A stretch of DNA of 11,994 nt, taken from Candidatus Micrarchaeota archaeon. Lineage in GTDB: Archaea; Micrarchaeota; Micrarchaeia; Anstonellales; Anstonellaceae. Shown piece after piece: positions 1-11,994 of the stretch. The stretch lies in contig DUFS01000034.1 in assembly GCA_013331805.1 (NCBI GenBank), forward strand, positions 1 through 11,994, read 5' to 3'. Numbering within the stretch: position 1 is the stretch's first letter; every line of letters starts with the position of its first letter. The position numbers were made by a program, and so were the translations under genes. Below the pieces are notes generated by a model. That model worked only from the letters and a program-made list of their open reading frames with translations, ran no database searches and was not told where the DNA came from.

Positions 1-2901
1 TGCTTTATCCAGTCCCTTCATGACGATTTGGTGAACGAGGGCGGGATTTTCGACCTGGTCACGCGCGAAGCGAGGCTTTTCAAGTACGGCTCGGGGACAG
101 GGACGAATTTTTCCTGCCTGCGAGCGACTGGCGAGAGGCTTTCCGGTGGAGGGCACTCCTCAGGCATGATGTCCTTCCTGAAAATAAACGACAGGGCGGC
201 TGGGGCGATTAAGTCAGGGGGCACCACGCGGCGTGCGGCAAAGATGGTGATAGTGGACATAGACCATCCGGACATCGAGGATTTCGTGAACTGGAAGGTG
301 CGCGAGGAGCAAAAAGTGGCGGCAATGGTGGCAGGGAGCAAATCCTGCTCCAAGCACCTGAACAGGATAATGAAGGCCGCATCAGAGGAGCACTCAACTG
401 ACCTGAAAAACGACCGGGTGAAGCTTGCTGTTGTGCAGGCGCTTTCGAAAAACATTCCGCTCAGCTACATCATGCGCGCCCTGGCTCTTGCAAGGCAGGG
501 CAAGAAGGAAATCGACTTCCCCGTATTCGACACGCACTACGAATCAGAGGCATACGTGACCGTGTCAGGCCAGAACGGGAACAACACCGTGCGGGTAACC
601 AACAAATTCATCTGGGCCGTGGAAAACGATGCTGAATGGAACCTACTTGCCAGGACCGACGGCAGCGTGATGAAGCGGGTCAGGGCAAAATCACTTTGGG
701 ACACAATAGCGGGCGCGGCTTGGTCGTGCGCTGACCCTGGCGTGCAGTTCGACGACACCATAAACGAATGGCACACCTGCCCTGTGGACGGGAGGATAAA
801 CGCTTCCAACCCCTGCTCGGAGTACATGTTCCTGGACGACACGGCCTGCAACCTCGCCAGCCTGAACCTCATGAAATTCCTCGACGAGGGCGCGGGCGTG
901 TTCAATGTGGAGGCATTCAGGCATGCCACCAGGCTCTGGACAATAGTGCTTGAGATTTCAGTCCTGATGGCGCAGTTCCCTTCCAGGGATATCGCGAAAA
1001 AAAGCTATGAGTTCCGCTCGCTCGGGCTTGGCTATGCGAACATGGGCACCCTTCTCATGGTGCTGGGCATACCGTACGAAAGCCCTGAGGGGCTTGCAAT
1101 ATGCGGGGCGGTGACGGCAATTCTCTGCGGCGAGTCGTACGCAGCTTCAGCAGAGATGGCTCGCGAGCTTGGCCCGTTCAAGGCGTTTGAAAGGAACCGC
1201 GAGCACATGCTTCGGGTCATACGCAACCACAGGCACGCGGCCTACAACGCCTTGCCTGCCGAATACGAGGGGCTGAGCGTAAAGCCCTTGGGGATTGAGG
1301 AGAAATATTGCCCAGGCTACCTTGTGCAATCAGCCCGCGAGTGCTGGGACCGGGCCTATACGCTTGGGGAAAGGCACGGCTTTCGGAACGCGCAGGTGAC
1401 CGTGATTGCGCCGACCGGGACGATCGGATTGCAAATGGACTGTGACACCACGGGAATCGAACCCGATTTCGCAATCGTGAAATTCAAGAAGCTTGCAGGG
1501 GGCGGCTACTTCAAGATAGTGAACGCGTCGGTGAAAAAGGCGCTTGTGCGCCTGGGCTACTCGTCCTCGCAGATCCGTGACATAGAGTCCCATGTGCTCG
1601 GGCACGGCACGCTTTCAGGCTGCCCGTTCATAAATATCGACTCGCTATCCGCCCGCGGGTTTTCGCAGGACAAGCTGATGAAACTCGAAAGCCAGCTTCC
1701 AAAGGCGTTCGACATCCGCTTTGCGTTCAACAGGCACGTGCTGGGTGACGAATTCATGCGCTCGCTCGGCTTTTCCGACGCCGAAATGGCCTCCCCCAAG
1801 TTCGACATGCTTTCCAAGCTCGGCTTTGGGAAGCCGCAGGTGGAGGAGGCGAACGAGTATGTTTGCGGAAGCATGACCCTTGAGGGCGCGCCTTACCTCA
1901 AGCCCGAGCATTATCCTGTTTTCGACTGCGCCTCCAAGTGCGGCAAAAAGGGCAGGCGGTTCATCTCTTACGTGGGGCACATAAAAATGATGGCAGCAGC
2001 GCAGCCTTTCATCACAGGCTCGATTTCCAAGACCATAAACATGCCAGCGGACGCGACGATGGAGGACATAAAGGAGGCTTACATGCTTTCCTGGCGGCAC
2101 ATGCTCAAGTCCAACGCGCTTTACCGCGACGGCTCCAAGCTTTCCCAGCCGCTGAACGCGACCGCTGATGTTGACGAGGACGAGCTGGCTTCCCTTCTCG
2201 GGCTCGGGGAGGACATTGACGAATCGTTCGGCCCTGCGCAGATGCAGTCCAAGATGGTCGGCAGGATAAACAGGAGGAAGCTTCCCACCAAGAGGCGCGG
2301 GTTCGTGCAGGAGGCGCGCGTTGGCGGGCACAAGGTCTACCTCAAGACAGGCGAATACCCCGACGGCACGCTGGGCGAGATATTCGTGGACATGTACAAG
2401 GAGGGCGCGGGCTACCGGGCGATTCTCAACTGCTTTGCGATTGCGGTTTCCAAGGGATTGCAGTACGGCGTTCCGCTGGAGGAGTTCGTGGACACGTTCA
2501 CATTCACCAGGTTCGAGCCTGCCGGCGTGGTGACCGGGCACGAGGCGATAAAGAACGCCACCTCGGTCATAGACTATGTTTTCAGGGTGATCGGCTACGA
2601 GTACCTGAACAGGCAGGATTTCGTGCACGTCAAGATAGCGAACGGGGACTCTGCCCTTGCGCCTGCCCTGCTGCCCCACGTTGAGGAGCAGAAAAGCCAG
2701 GTCAGGCTGGTCGAGCCTGAGAAAAAGCCAGAAGCAGCGGATGAGGAAAGGGAAGCCGGCGAGTTTCATTCCCAATCCAGGACAGCCCGTGCGCAGGGCT
2801 TCACGGGCGAGCAGTGCCTTGCCTGCGGCTCGATGAAGGTGAAGCAGAACGGAAGCTGCCAAGTTTGTGTTGACTGCGGGGAGACTACAGGATGCTCTTG
2901 A
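1..2901 (+). CDS. nrdJ: Adenosylcobalamin-dependent (class II) ribonucleotide reductase, 5'-truncated by the window edge
   Basis: Frame 1 is open from base 1 ([16 protein letters not shown]...), so GTG28 in the track is not the true start. Motifs seen: [22 protein letters not shown], catalytic NPCSE (808-822), [38 protein letters not shown]. The C-terminus has a TSCPD-like domain ([18 protein letters not shown]) and a Cys-rich tail CLACGS...[14 protein letters not shown], ending at TGA 2899-2901. Confidence 0.95.
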   Translation, partial: CFIQSLHDDLVNEGGIFDLVTREARLFKYGSGTGTNFSCLRATGERLSGGGHSSGMMSFLKINDRAAGAIKSGGTTRRAAKMVIVDIDHPDIEDFVNWKVREEQKVAAMVAGSKSCSKHLNRIMKAASEEHSTDLKNDRVKLAVVQALSKNIPLSYIMRALALARQGKKEIDFPVFDTHYESEAYVTVSGQNGNNTVRVTNKFIWAVENDAEWNLLARTDGSVMKRVRAKSLWDTIAGAAWSCADPGVQFDDTINEWHTCPVDGRINASNPCSEYMFLDDTACNLASLNLMKFLDEGAGVFNVEAFRHATRLWTIVLEISVLMAQFPSRDIAKKSYEFRSLGLGYANMGTLLMVLGIPYESPEGLAICGAVTAILCGESYAASAEMARELGPFKAFERNREHMLRVIRNHRHAAYNALPAEYEGLSVKPLGIEEKYCPGYLVQSARECWDRAYTLGERHGFRNAQVTVIAPTGTIGLQMDCDTTGIEPDFAIVKFKKLAGGGYFKIVNASVKKALVRLGYSSSQIRDIESHVLGHGTLSGCPFINIDSLSARGFSQDKLMKLESQLPKAFDIRFAFNRHVLGDEFMRSLGFSDAEMASPKFDMLSKLGFGKPQVEEANEYVCGSMTLEGAPYLKPEHYPVFDCASKCGKKGRRFISYVGHIKMMAAAQPFITGSISKTINMPADATMEDIKEAYMLSWRHMLKSNALYRDGSKLSQPLNATADVDEDELASLLGLGEDIDESFGPAQMQSKMVGRINRRKLPTKRRGFVQEARVGGHKVYLKTGEYPDGTLGEIFVDMYKEGAGYRAILNCFAIAVSKGLQYGVPLEEFVDTFTFTRFEPAGVVTGHEAIKNATSVIDYVFRVIGYEYLNRQDFVHVKIANGDSALAPALLPHVEEQKSQVRLVEPEKKPEAADEEREAGEFHSQSRTARAQGFTGEQCLACGSMKVKQNGSCQVCVDCGETTGCS

Positions 2902-2922
2902 AAAAAGTCTGGACCGAATCCT

Positions 2923-3213
2923 TTACCAGCTTATGTCCCCCTTCTTTTCCAGGAAGTCCTCTTTCTTTCGGGTTTTCAAAGAGCCGGCTTTTTCGTGGAG
3001 TGTTTTCAATAAATCAAGAAGAGCTTCGTTCAATTTCTTTGTCTGCGGGGACGCAGTTGTGTCGCTTTTCCACATTTCAATTACTTTGTTAAAAGATTCT
3101 TTGTCAAGGCGATTGAGGGCTTCCCTTAATTTAGATACTTTATCCGCTTCTTCTTTGCTCATTGCTTTTGGTTTGTTGGCTTCGGCTTGTGTTGCGACTT
3201 GGAATAGCAGCAT
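2923..3213 (-). CDS. Small Lys/Glu-rich hypothetical protein (96 aa), probably alpha-helical
   Basis: Fills the gap between nrdJ and the CNNM gene without overlapping either. The minus strand reads GGTGAT-GAG-ATG at the start (SD at 3217-3222), with a TATA-like TTTTTATC at 3247-3254. No family recognised. Confidence 0.65.
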   Translation of the reverse strand: MLLFQVATQAEANKPKAMSKEEADKVSKLREALNRLDKESFNKVIEMWKSDTTASPQTKKLNEALLDLLKTLHEKAGSLKTRKKEDFLEKKGDISW

Positions 3214-3246
3214 CTCATCACCGTTTTCTGATTATGCAAGGGCATT

Positions 3247-3254
3247 GATAAAAA
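3247..3254 (-). promoter_or_regulatory. Putative archaeal TATA box for the 96-aa orphan
   Basis: Minus strand reads TTTTTATC about 25 bp upstream of the GGTGAT SD. Confidence 0.35.
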
Positions 3255-3281
3255 GATATTGCAATCCGCAAGAGAAACCGA

Positions 3282-3290
3282 TTTAATTAT
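3282..3290 (+). promoter_or_regulatory. Putative archaeal TATA box for the CNNM gene (probably a leaderless transcript)
   Basis: TTTAATTAT lies 20-28 bp upstream of ATG3310, preceded by a purine-rich stretch (AAGAGAAACCG). No SD is visible before the ATG. Confidence 0.4.
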
Positions 3291-3309
3291 CCCCCTTGCA
3301 ACTAGGCTT

Positions 3310-4281
3310 ATGCTCTACACCATACTTGACGCCGCGATACTTCTGGTCCTGGTTGCGCTCTCCGCTTTCTTCTCAGGCACCGAGTGCGCCTTTCTTTCGA
3401 TTTCCACTGTGCGGCTGCACTCGCTATTGGAAAGGGGAGTCCCGGGGGCCGCGAGCCTTGCACGGCTCCGCGAGAAGCGCAGGCGCGTTGTCATCTCAAT
3501 CCTCATAGGCAACAATGTGCTCAACATAGCCGCCTCGGCTTACGCAACGTCGATTGCGATTGCGGCCTATGGCGATGAGGGCGTGGGCATTGCGGTCGGG
3601 GTAATGACGCTCGTGATCCTCACCCTTGGGGACATAATACCAAAAAGCGTGGCAACCATCTATGGCGAGAGGATTATGCTGGCCGTTTCGCCCATTATGG
3701 AGATTTTCTACTACGCCACCTACCCCCTGGTCATATTATTCGAGCAGTTCAACCGGCTGATACCAGGAGTCTATGCCCGCCCGACCGGCGTGGAGAGATT
3801 CACCGAGGCTGAGGTGCGCTCTGCGGTGAAGCTCGGGGCAATGCACAAGGGAATCACCAAGAAGGAAAAGGATCTCATTGAAAACGTGCTGGAGTTCAAC
3901 GACAGGACGGTTGGAGAGGCGATGACCCCCAAGGCGGCGGTGGTAACGCTCCATACGGACATGATAGTCGCAACTGCGCATAAGATAGCGCTGGAAAGCA
4001 AGTACTCCCGCTTCCCTGTGATCGACGGCCAGGGCAAGGTCGTGGGCACGCTTTCGGTCAAGATAATCGGCAGGGCTTTCTATGAGCACCCTGACTGGTC
4101 GGTGGGAAAGATAGCCTGGAAGCCGGTCGCCTTCAATGAGACTGAAAAGGCCTCCATTGCCTTTTCGCACCTGCAGTCCATAGGAAGGAATATCGCGATT
4201 GTGGTGGACGACAAGGGCAGCTTCAGGGGCGTGGTGACGCTTGAGGACCTGCTTGAGGAGCTGGTCGGGGAGCTCAAGTGA
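3310..4281 (+). CDS. CNNM/DUF21 transmembrane domain plus CBS-pair protein (CorB/TlyC 'hemolysin' family, putative Mg2+/Co2+ transport)
   Basis: Signatures LSAFFSGTECAF, ILIGNNVLNI and LGDIIPKSVA. CBS-pair motifs TVGEAMTP, SKYSRFPV and VVDDKGSFRGVVTLEDLLEELVGE. The protein ends right after the CBS pair with no CorC_HlyC domain. ATG3310 is preferred over TTG3259. Confidence 0.9.
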   Translation: MLYTILDAAILLVLVALSAFFSGTECAFLSISTVRLHSLLERGVPGAASLARLREKRRRVVISILIGNNVLNIAASAYATSIAIAAYGDEGVGIAVGVMTLVILTLGDIIPKSVATIYGERIMLAVSPIMEIFYYATYPLVILFEQFNRLIPGVYARPTGVERFTEAEVRSAVKLGAMHKGITKKEKDLIENVLEFNDRTVGEAMTPKAAVVTLHTDMIVATAHKIALESKYSRFPVIDGQGKVVGTLSVKIIGRAFYEHPDWSVGKIAWKPVAFNETEKASIAFSHLQSIGRNIAIVVDDKGSFRGVVTLEDLLEELVGELK

Positions 4282-4299
4282 GGCTCTTTCCATAATCGC

Positions 4300-4306
4300 T
4301 TTTTTT
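4300..4306 (+). terminator. Possible archaeal oligo-T terminator
   Basis: T7 tract 18 nt after the CNNM stop codon. Confidence 0.3.
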
Positions 4307-4337
4307 AGGCAAAGATCCGTCCAAATAAAGGCATAGA

Positions 4338-4377
4338 TTTATATCCAACATATATGCAGAATATATGTCAAGGTGAT
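4338..4377 (+). promoter_or_regulatory. TA operon promoter region: TATA box, inverted-repeat operator, SD
   Basis: TTTATAT at 4338-4344; perfect inverted repeat ACATATAT-N5-ATATATGT at 4348-4368; GGTGAT at 4372-4377. Confidence 0.6.
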
Positions 4378-4635
4378 ATGATGGTATTCGCACAATTGGA
4401 TCTGGACGACTACACCAACCGCGTGCTCAATGTGATAAAGGCGAAGTTCGGGCTCAAGGACAAGTCCGAGGCGATAAACAAGTTCGCAGAGCTTTACGGG
4501 GATGAAATGGTGGAGAAAGAGGCAAACGACCAGTATGTGAAAAAGGCGCTGGAAATAAGCGAGAGGCACCTAAAAAAATACGGGAACCGGAAGATGGGCA
4601 TGAAAGAGCTTGATGCGCTCTGCGGGATGGATTAG
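4378..4635 (+). CDS. DUF2683-family protein, putative type II antitoxin
   Basis: MVFAQLDLDDYTNRVLNVIKAKFGLKDKSEAINKFAELY matches from recall the archaeal DUF2683 pattern (N-terminal beta strand plus two helices, RHH-like). The AGGTGAT SD favours a start at ATG4378 or 4381 rather than 4354. The stop abuts the toxin start (TAG|ATG). Confidence 0.8.
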   Translation: MMVFAQLDLDDYTNRVLNVIKAKFGLKDKSEAINKFAELYGDEMVEKEANDQYVKKALEISERHLKKYGNRKMGMKELDALCGMD

Positions 4636-4908
4636 ATGTTCGACTTCGACCTTTCAGATGAGCTTAAGCTCAAGATACGCAAGCTCATAAGGAAGGACAG
4701 GAAAATAGTGGGGATAATAAACAAGAAAATCAAGGAGATTGTTGGAAGTGATCCATCAACAATAGACCATTACAAGAATCTGAGGCGGGACCTTAAGGAA
4801 TACAAAAGAGTTCATATCAACAATCATTTTGTGCTCAGTTTCAAAGTGGACAAGCAGAAAAACTTCATTCTTTTCGTGGACTTCGAACACCACGACAAGG
4901 CTTATTGA
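4636..4908 (+). CDS. RelE/StbE/YafQ-superfamily toxin (putative mRNA interferase)
   Basis: 90-aa basic protein with KIKEI...HYKNLRRDLKEYKRVHI..FVLSFKVD...FVDFEHHDKAY, a layout typical of archaeal RelE-like toxins. It lies immediately downstream of the putative antitoxin. Confidence 0.8.
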   Translation: MFDFDLSDELKLKIRKLIRKDRKIVGIINKKIKEIVGSDPSTIDHYKNLRRDLKEYKRVHINNHFVLSFKVDKQKNFILFVDFEHHDKAY

Positions 4909-4952
4909 GGGGCAGTTTGTGGGCTGATTTTGGCAATGTTTTTGGGCATACC

Positions 4953-4959
4953 TTTATAA
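4953..4959 (+). promoter_or_regulatory. Putative TATA box for gyrBA
   Basis: TTTATAA in the AT-rich intergenic region about 100 bp upstream of the gyrB start. Confidence 0.4.
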
Positions 4960-4986
4960 GCATCTTTTGGCATATATTTTCTGTAA

Positions 4987-8268
<3,282 letters not shown>

Positions 8269-8292
8269 GGAGAAAATTGATTTGTGATTTTC

Positions 8293-11200
8293 ATGGCCCA
8301 CGAACAGAAGGAAACCGAATACCGCCACGGCAAGCTGCTGCCGCGAGTGATTGAGAAGGAGATGAAGGCATCCTACCTCGACTACGCGATGAGCGTGATC
8401 GTGGGCAGGGCGCTTCCAGACGCGCGGGACGGGCTGAAGCCGGTCCACCGCAGGATAATGCACGCGATGTACGAGCTTTCGAACACCCACGACAAGCCCT
8501 ACAAGAAGTCCGCGAGGGTGGTGGGGGAAACCCTGGGCAAATACCACCCGCACGGCGACCTTGCAATTTACGACTCGATGGTGAGGATGGCGCAGGGCTT
8601 CTCCATGCGCTACCCGATCATTGACGGGCAGGGCAATTTCGGATGCTTTACCAAGGACACTAAGGTGATACTGACAGACGGACGGAACCTCAGCTTTGGG
8701 GAACTGGTCAAAGAAAACGCAGAAGGAAAACTGAACTATATTTTTACCATGGACAAGGAAGGAAAAGTACGAATCGAGAGGATAATGCACCCGAGACTGA
8801 CTATCAAAAATGCTGAGATAATGAAGGTAATTCTTGACAATGGGAATGAAATACGCTGCACACTAAACCACAGGTTCATGCTACGCGATGGCGAATATAA
8901 GGAAGCTCGGCATCTGAAGCACGGAGACTCACTTATGCCTTTGTATACGAGAATATCGACAAGGGAAGACGATCCTAACATTGAAGGATACACGATGGTG
9001 TTCCAGCCTGAAGATGAGGCATGGGACTACGCCCATCACTTAGCAGATGAATGGAACCTCCGATGCCTCATCTATCCAAGGTCAGCTGGCAGGACGAGGC
9101 ATCATGCAGATTTCAACAAGCTGAATAACAACCCAGACAACATAAAGAGAATGCATTGGAAAGAGCACTGGCAGTTGCACTACAGCCTAACTTCGCAACG
9201 GCACAGAGAAGATGAAGATTATCGGGCAAGCCTAGCCAAAGGAAGAGAAGAATTCTGGGGAAACCAGGAAAACAGGAAGAAGCATTCTGAGCGAACCAGT
9301 GCAAGAAACAGGAGAAACTGGAAAGCGCCTGATTATAGGGCGAAGATGAGAAGAAATCTCAGTTCTTCCAACAAAGAGTACATTGCAGCGCACCCGGAAA
9401 AAAGGCAGGAGTTTAGCGAAAGAGCCACGAGGACATTGAAAAGACTGTGGCAGAATCCACTCTATCGGTCTGCGATGCACCAGAGAATCATCAAAGGAAA
9501 CAAGAATCACGTTACTAACATTACAGGAAAAACAAAATTCCTCAAAATATGCAAGGCAGTTGTGTCTGAAGGCAATATTTTGTCTGAAGAAACATATGGG
9601 GAAAATAGAAACCGGATCTATCGTTATGGCCACGCCACCACCTGGAACAGGGGACTGCAAAAATATTTTGCAAATGACCCAAACCTTATCCTATTGGGAT
9701 TGAATCGGAACCACAAGGTCGCAAGGATAGAAATGCTGGGTGAAAAAGAGGATGTTTATGACTTGACTGTCGAAGGAACCCATAATTTTGCCCTGGCAGC
9801 GGGCGTATTTGTCCACAACTCTGTGGACGGCGACAATGCGGCTGCCATGAGGTACACCGAAGTGCGCCTGAACCGGTTCGCCGAGGAAATGCTCTTGGAC
9901 ATAGAGAAGGAAACTGTGGATTTTGCCCCGAACTTCGACGCCACGCTCAAGGAGCCCGTCGTGCTGCCGTCGCGCGTTCCGAACCTGCTTGTAAACGGCT
10001 CGTCTGGAATCGCAGTTGGCATGGCTACCAACATGCCGCCCCACAACCTCGGGGAAACGGTGGATGCGCTGGTGGCGATGATTGACCGGCCCGAAATCAA
10101 CCTTGAAACGTTGCTTTCGATTGTGCACGGGCCTGACTTTCCAACAGGCGGATTCATAGTGGGCAGGCGGGGCATTGCCGAGGCATACGCAAGCGGAAGA
10201 GGATCGCTCCGCGTAAGGGGCAAGGCGGAAATAGTCACGGGCGGCAAGGAAAAGAAGGCAGAGATCGTGGTGAGCGAGCTTCCCTACCAGGTGAACAAGG
10301 CTGAATGGGTAAAAAGCGTGGCAGAGCTTGCGCGCGACAAGAAAATTGAGGGCATATCCGACATTTCCGACCGGTCTGACCGGGATGGCATGCACGTGCT
10401 GATCCAGCTGAGGAAGGATGCAAACCCAGATGTCGTCCTGAACCAGCTTTACGCGCACACCGCCCTGGAAGGCAGCTTCGGGGTGATCAACCTCGCGCTG
10501 GTGAAAAACGAACCCCGCGTGCTTCCGCTTGCGGATTTGCTGCGTGAATTCCTGCTCCACAGGAAGGAAGTGGTGAAAAGAAGGAGTGCCTTTGAGCTTT
10601 CGGTTGCCAAGGAAAGGAAGCACATCGTGGAAGGGCTGCTTGTAGCTCTTGGGAAGATAGACGATGTCGTGAAGGCGATAAAGGCTGCGAAGAATGCGCA
10701 GCACGCGCGCGAAGTCCTGATGATGGGCTATGCATTGTCGCAGAAGCAGGCGGACGCAATACTTGAGATGAAGCTTTCGAAGCTGACCGCTCTTGAGACC
10801 GGCAAGCTCCACGAGGAGGACATCGAGCTTGGGAAAACCATCAAATACCTTGCCGAAGTGCTTGCCGATGAGAAGAAGATATTCGGCATCATCAGAAGCG
10901 AGCTATTGGAAGTCAAGCAGAAGTACTCTGACAAGAGGCGCACGGTGATCATCGAGGATGACGGGGAAGTGGAGCTGGAGGACCTGATTGCCGAGGAGGA
11001 AGTGGCGGTAATAATCACAAAGGACGATTACATCAAGCGCGTGCCAATGAGCGAGTACAAGTCGCAGAAGAGGGGCGGCAAGGGGGTCATAGGGAGCGAA
11101 ACCAAGGAGGAGGACACCATTAAGGACGTGCTCCTGGCCTCCACGCACGACTACCTGCTCTTTTTCACAGACAGGGGGGATGTGCACTGGCTCAAGGTGC

Positions 11201-11994
11201 ACAGGATTCCATCAGGCGGAAGATACTCTGTTGGAAAGGCAATAGTGAACCTGCTTGAGCTTGAAGGCGCCAAGATTTCGGCATGGATCAAAACAAAGGA
11301 TTTCAAGGAAAGCGAATACCTGGTGATGCTGACCAAGAAGGGAATAGTCAAGCGCAGCAGCATGGCGGACTACTCCAGGCCAAGAAAGGGAGGAATAATC
11401 GCAATCAGCCTGAAGGAAGGGGACTGCCTCATTGCTGCCAAGAAAACTGACGGCAAAAGGCAGATAATCATCGCCACTTCGGAAGGTTCGGCCATACGTT
11501 TCCCGGAAGATGAAGTGCGGGAGATAGGCAGGACAGGACAGGGAGTGATAGGCATACGCCTGGAGAAAGGCGATGAGGTTGTGGGCATGGCGCTTGACGA
11601 GTCTGAGACCCTTCTTACCGTGACAGAGAACGGATACGGCAAGAGGACGGACATTGCCGAGTACAGGCTGCAGGCAAGGGGCGGCAAGGGCGTGATAAAC
11701 ATCAAGACCCATGGCAGGAACGGCAAGGTTGTGGCAATCGCGTCCGTGAAGGACTCTGACCAGCTGCTCCTGGTTTCCTCAGGTGGCAAGATGATACGAA
11801 TGGCGGTGAAGGACATTTCCGTGATCGGCAGGAACACTGGTGGCGTGAAGCTGATGAAGCTGGATGGGAAGGAGAAGGTCGTGGCAATGGACAAGCTGGG
11901 CGGGGAGAACGGCAAGGATGAGGTTCCCGATGGCGGGCAGCCGAAAGCTCCGCCGTCATCGCCACCTAAGCCCAAACATGACGATATTATTATT
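8293..11994 (+). CDS. gyrA: DNA gyrase subunit A precursor containing one intein, 3'-truncated (no stop in window)
   Basis: Manual frame-1 translation from ATG8293 is open to the window end. Motifs: [62 protein letters not shown] (catalytic Tyr 9853-9855), [20 protein letters not shown], GyrA-box QKRGGKG (11065-11085) and beta-pinwheel blades. It starts 24 bp after the gyrB stop, with a GTGAT SD at 8284-8288. Confidence 0.97.
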   Translation, partial: MAHEQKETEYRHGKLLPRVIEKEMKASYLDYAMSVIVGRALPDARDGLKPVHRRIMHAMYELSNTHDKPYKKSARVVGETLGKYHPHGDLAIYDSMVRMAQGFSMRYPIIDGQGNFGCFTKDTKVILTDGRNLSFGELVKENAEGKLNYIFTMDKEGKVRIERIMHPRLTIKNAEIMKVILDNGNEIRCTLNHRFMLRDGEYKEARHLKHGDSLMPLYTRISTREDDPNIEGYTMVFQPEDEAWDYAHHLADEWNLRCLIYPRSAGRTRHHADFNKLNNNPDNIKRMHWKEHWQLHYSLTSQRHREDEDYRASLAKGREEFWGNQENRKKHSERTSARNRRNWKAPDYRAKMRRNLSSSNKEYIAAHPEKRQEFSERATRTLKRLWQNPLYRSAMHQRIIKGNKNHVTNITGKTKFLKICKAVVSEGNILSEETYGENRNRIYRYGHATTWNRGLQKYFANDPNLILLGLNRNHKVARIEMLGEKEDVYDLTVEGTHNFALAAGVFVHNSVDGDNAAAMRYTEVRLNRFAEEMLLDIEKETVDFAPNFDATLKEPVVLPSRVPNLLVNGSSGIAVGMATNMPPHNLGETVDALVAMIDRPEINLETLLSIVHGPDFPTGGFIVGRRGIAEAYASGRGSLRVRGKAEIVTGGKEKKAEIVVSELPYQVNKAEWVKSVAELARDKKIEGISDISDRSDRDGMHVLIQLRKDANPDVVLNQLYAHTALEGSFGVINLALVKNEPRVLPLADLLREFLLHRKEVVKRRSAFELSVAKERKHIVEGLLVALGKIDDVVKAIKAAKNAQHAREVLMMGYALSQKQADAILEMKLSKLTALETGKLHEEDIELGKTIKYLAEVLADEKKIFGIIRSELLEVKQKYSDKRRTVIIEDDGEVELEDLIAEEEVAVIITKDDYIKRVPMSEYKSQKRGGKGVIGSETKEEDTIKDVLLASTHDYLLFFTDRGDVHWLKVHRIPSGGRYSVGKAIVNLLELEGAKISAWIKTKDFKESEYLVMLTKKGIVKRSSMADYSRPRKGGIIAISLKEGDCLIAAKKTDGKRQIIIATSEGSAIRFPEDEVREIGRTGQGVIGIRLEKGDEVVGMALDESETLLTVTENGYGKRTDIAEYRLQARGGKGVINIKTHGRNGKVVAIASVKDSDQLLLVSSGGKMIRMAVKDISVIGRNTGGVKLMKLDGKEKVVAMDKLGGENGKDEVPDGGQPKAPPSSPPKPKHDDIII
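8644..9819 (+). mobile_element. GyrA intein (392 aa) with HNH homing endonuclease, paralogue of the GyrB intein
   Basis: In-frame insert between GQGNFG and SVDGD. Block A CFTKDTKV; block B CTLNHRF; HNH motif [15 protein letters not shown]...H...H (9100-9180); blocks [26 protein letters not shown]. The DNA is more A/T-rich than the exteins. Confidence 0.97.

Noticed and set aside
1..30. Window begins at Cys-Phe (CFIQS), resembling an intein N-terminus
   Set aside because: This is the conserved RNR active-site CFI motif followed by normal NrdJ sequence. No intein is visible in nrdJ within the window (NPCSE is intact), and upstream sequence cannot be judged.
1645..2862. 405-aa minus-strand ORF, and the similar long antisense ORFs 7822-8790, 9691-10812 and 11370-11975
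   Set aside because: These are antisense shadows of nrdJ, gyrB and gyrA with no recognisable motifs, as expected opposite genes with strong codon bias.
2867..3286. 139-aa plus-strand ORF
   Set aside because: It overlaps the nrdJ end and is the Ser/Phe/Leu-rich mirror of the 96-aa minus-strand ORF, which has the SD and the more protein-like composition.
8625..8643. GCAGGGCA near both intein insertion points, suggesting a shared homing site
   Set aside because: It lies upstream of the gyrA site but downstream of the gyrB site and reflects Gln-Gly codons. Beyond GG(C/A)|TCTG the two empty sites share little.
11671..11691. Second GyrA-box-like motif QARGGKG
   Set aside because: Degenerate GyrA-box copies in other pinwheel blades are a normal result of the CTD repeat structure.
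8293..11994. gyrA absent from the ORF track, raising a possible pseudogene or frameshift
   Set aside because: Manual translation shows an unbroken frame. It is probably missing only because the stop codon lies outside the window.

Overview
Housekeeping locus, probably archaeal and possibly DPANN/Micrarchaeota-like. The archaeal call is inferred from GGTGAT Shine-Dalgarno sites, TATA-like boxes, a DUF2683-type antitoxin and frequent AGG/ATA codons. Gene order: 5'-truncated class II (B12-dependent) ribonucleotide reductase nrdJ; a convergent AT-rich 96-aa orphan; a CNNM/DUF21-CBS membrane protein; a DUF2683/RelE-like toxin-antitoxin pair with a palindromic candidate operator; then gyrB-gyrA. 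gyrA (8293 to beyond the window end) is absent from the supplied ORF track and was translated by hand. Both gyrase subunits carry an HNH-endonuclease intein, and the two inteins are clear paralogues. The gyrB intein (432 aa) occupies the known EGDSAGG|S site. The gyrA intein (392 aa) sits at GQGNFG|SVDG, not at the characterised mycobacterial GyrA site (RY|T), which suggests a GyrB-family intein moved to a non-homologous site. GyrA also has Leu at the Ser83-equivalent quinolone-resistance position.
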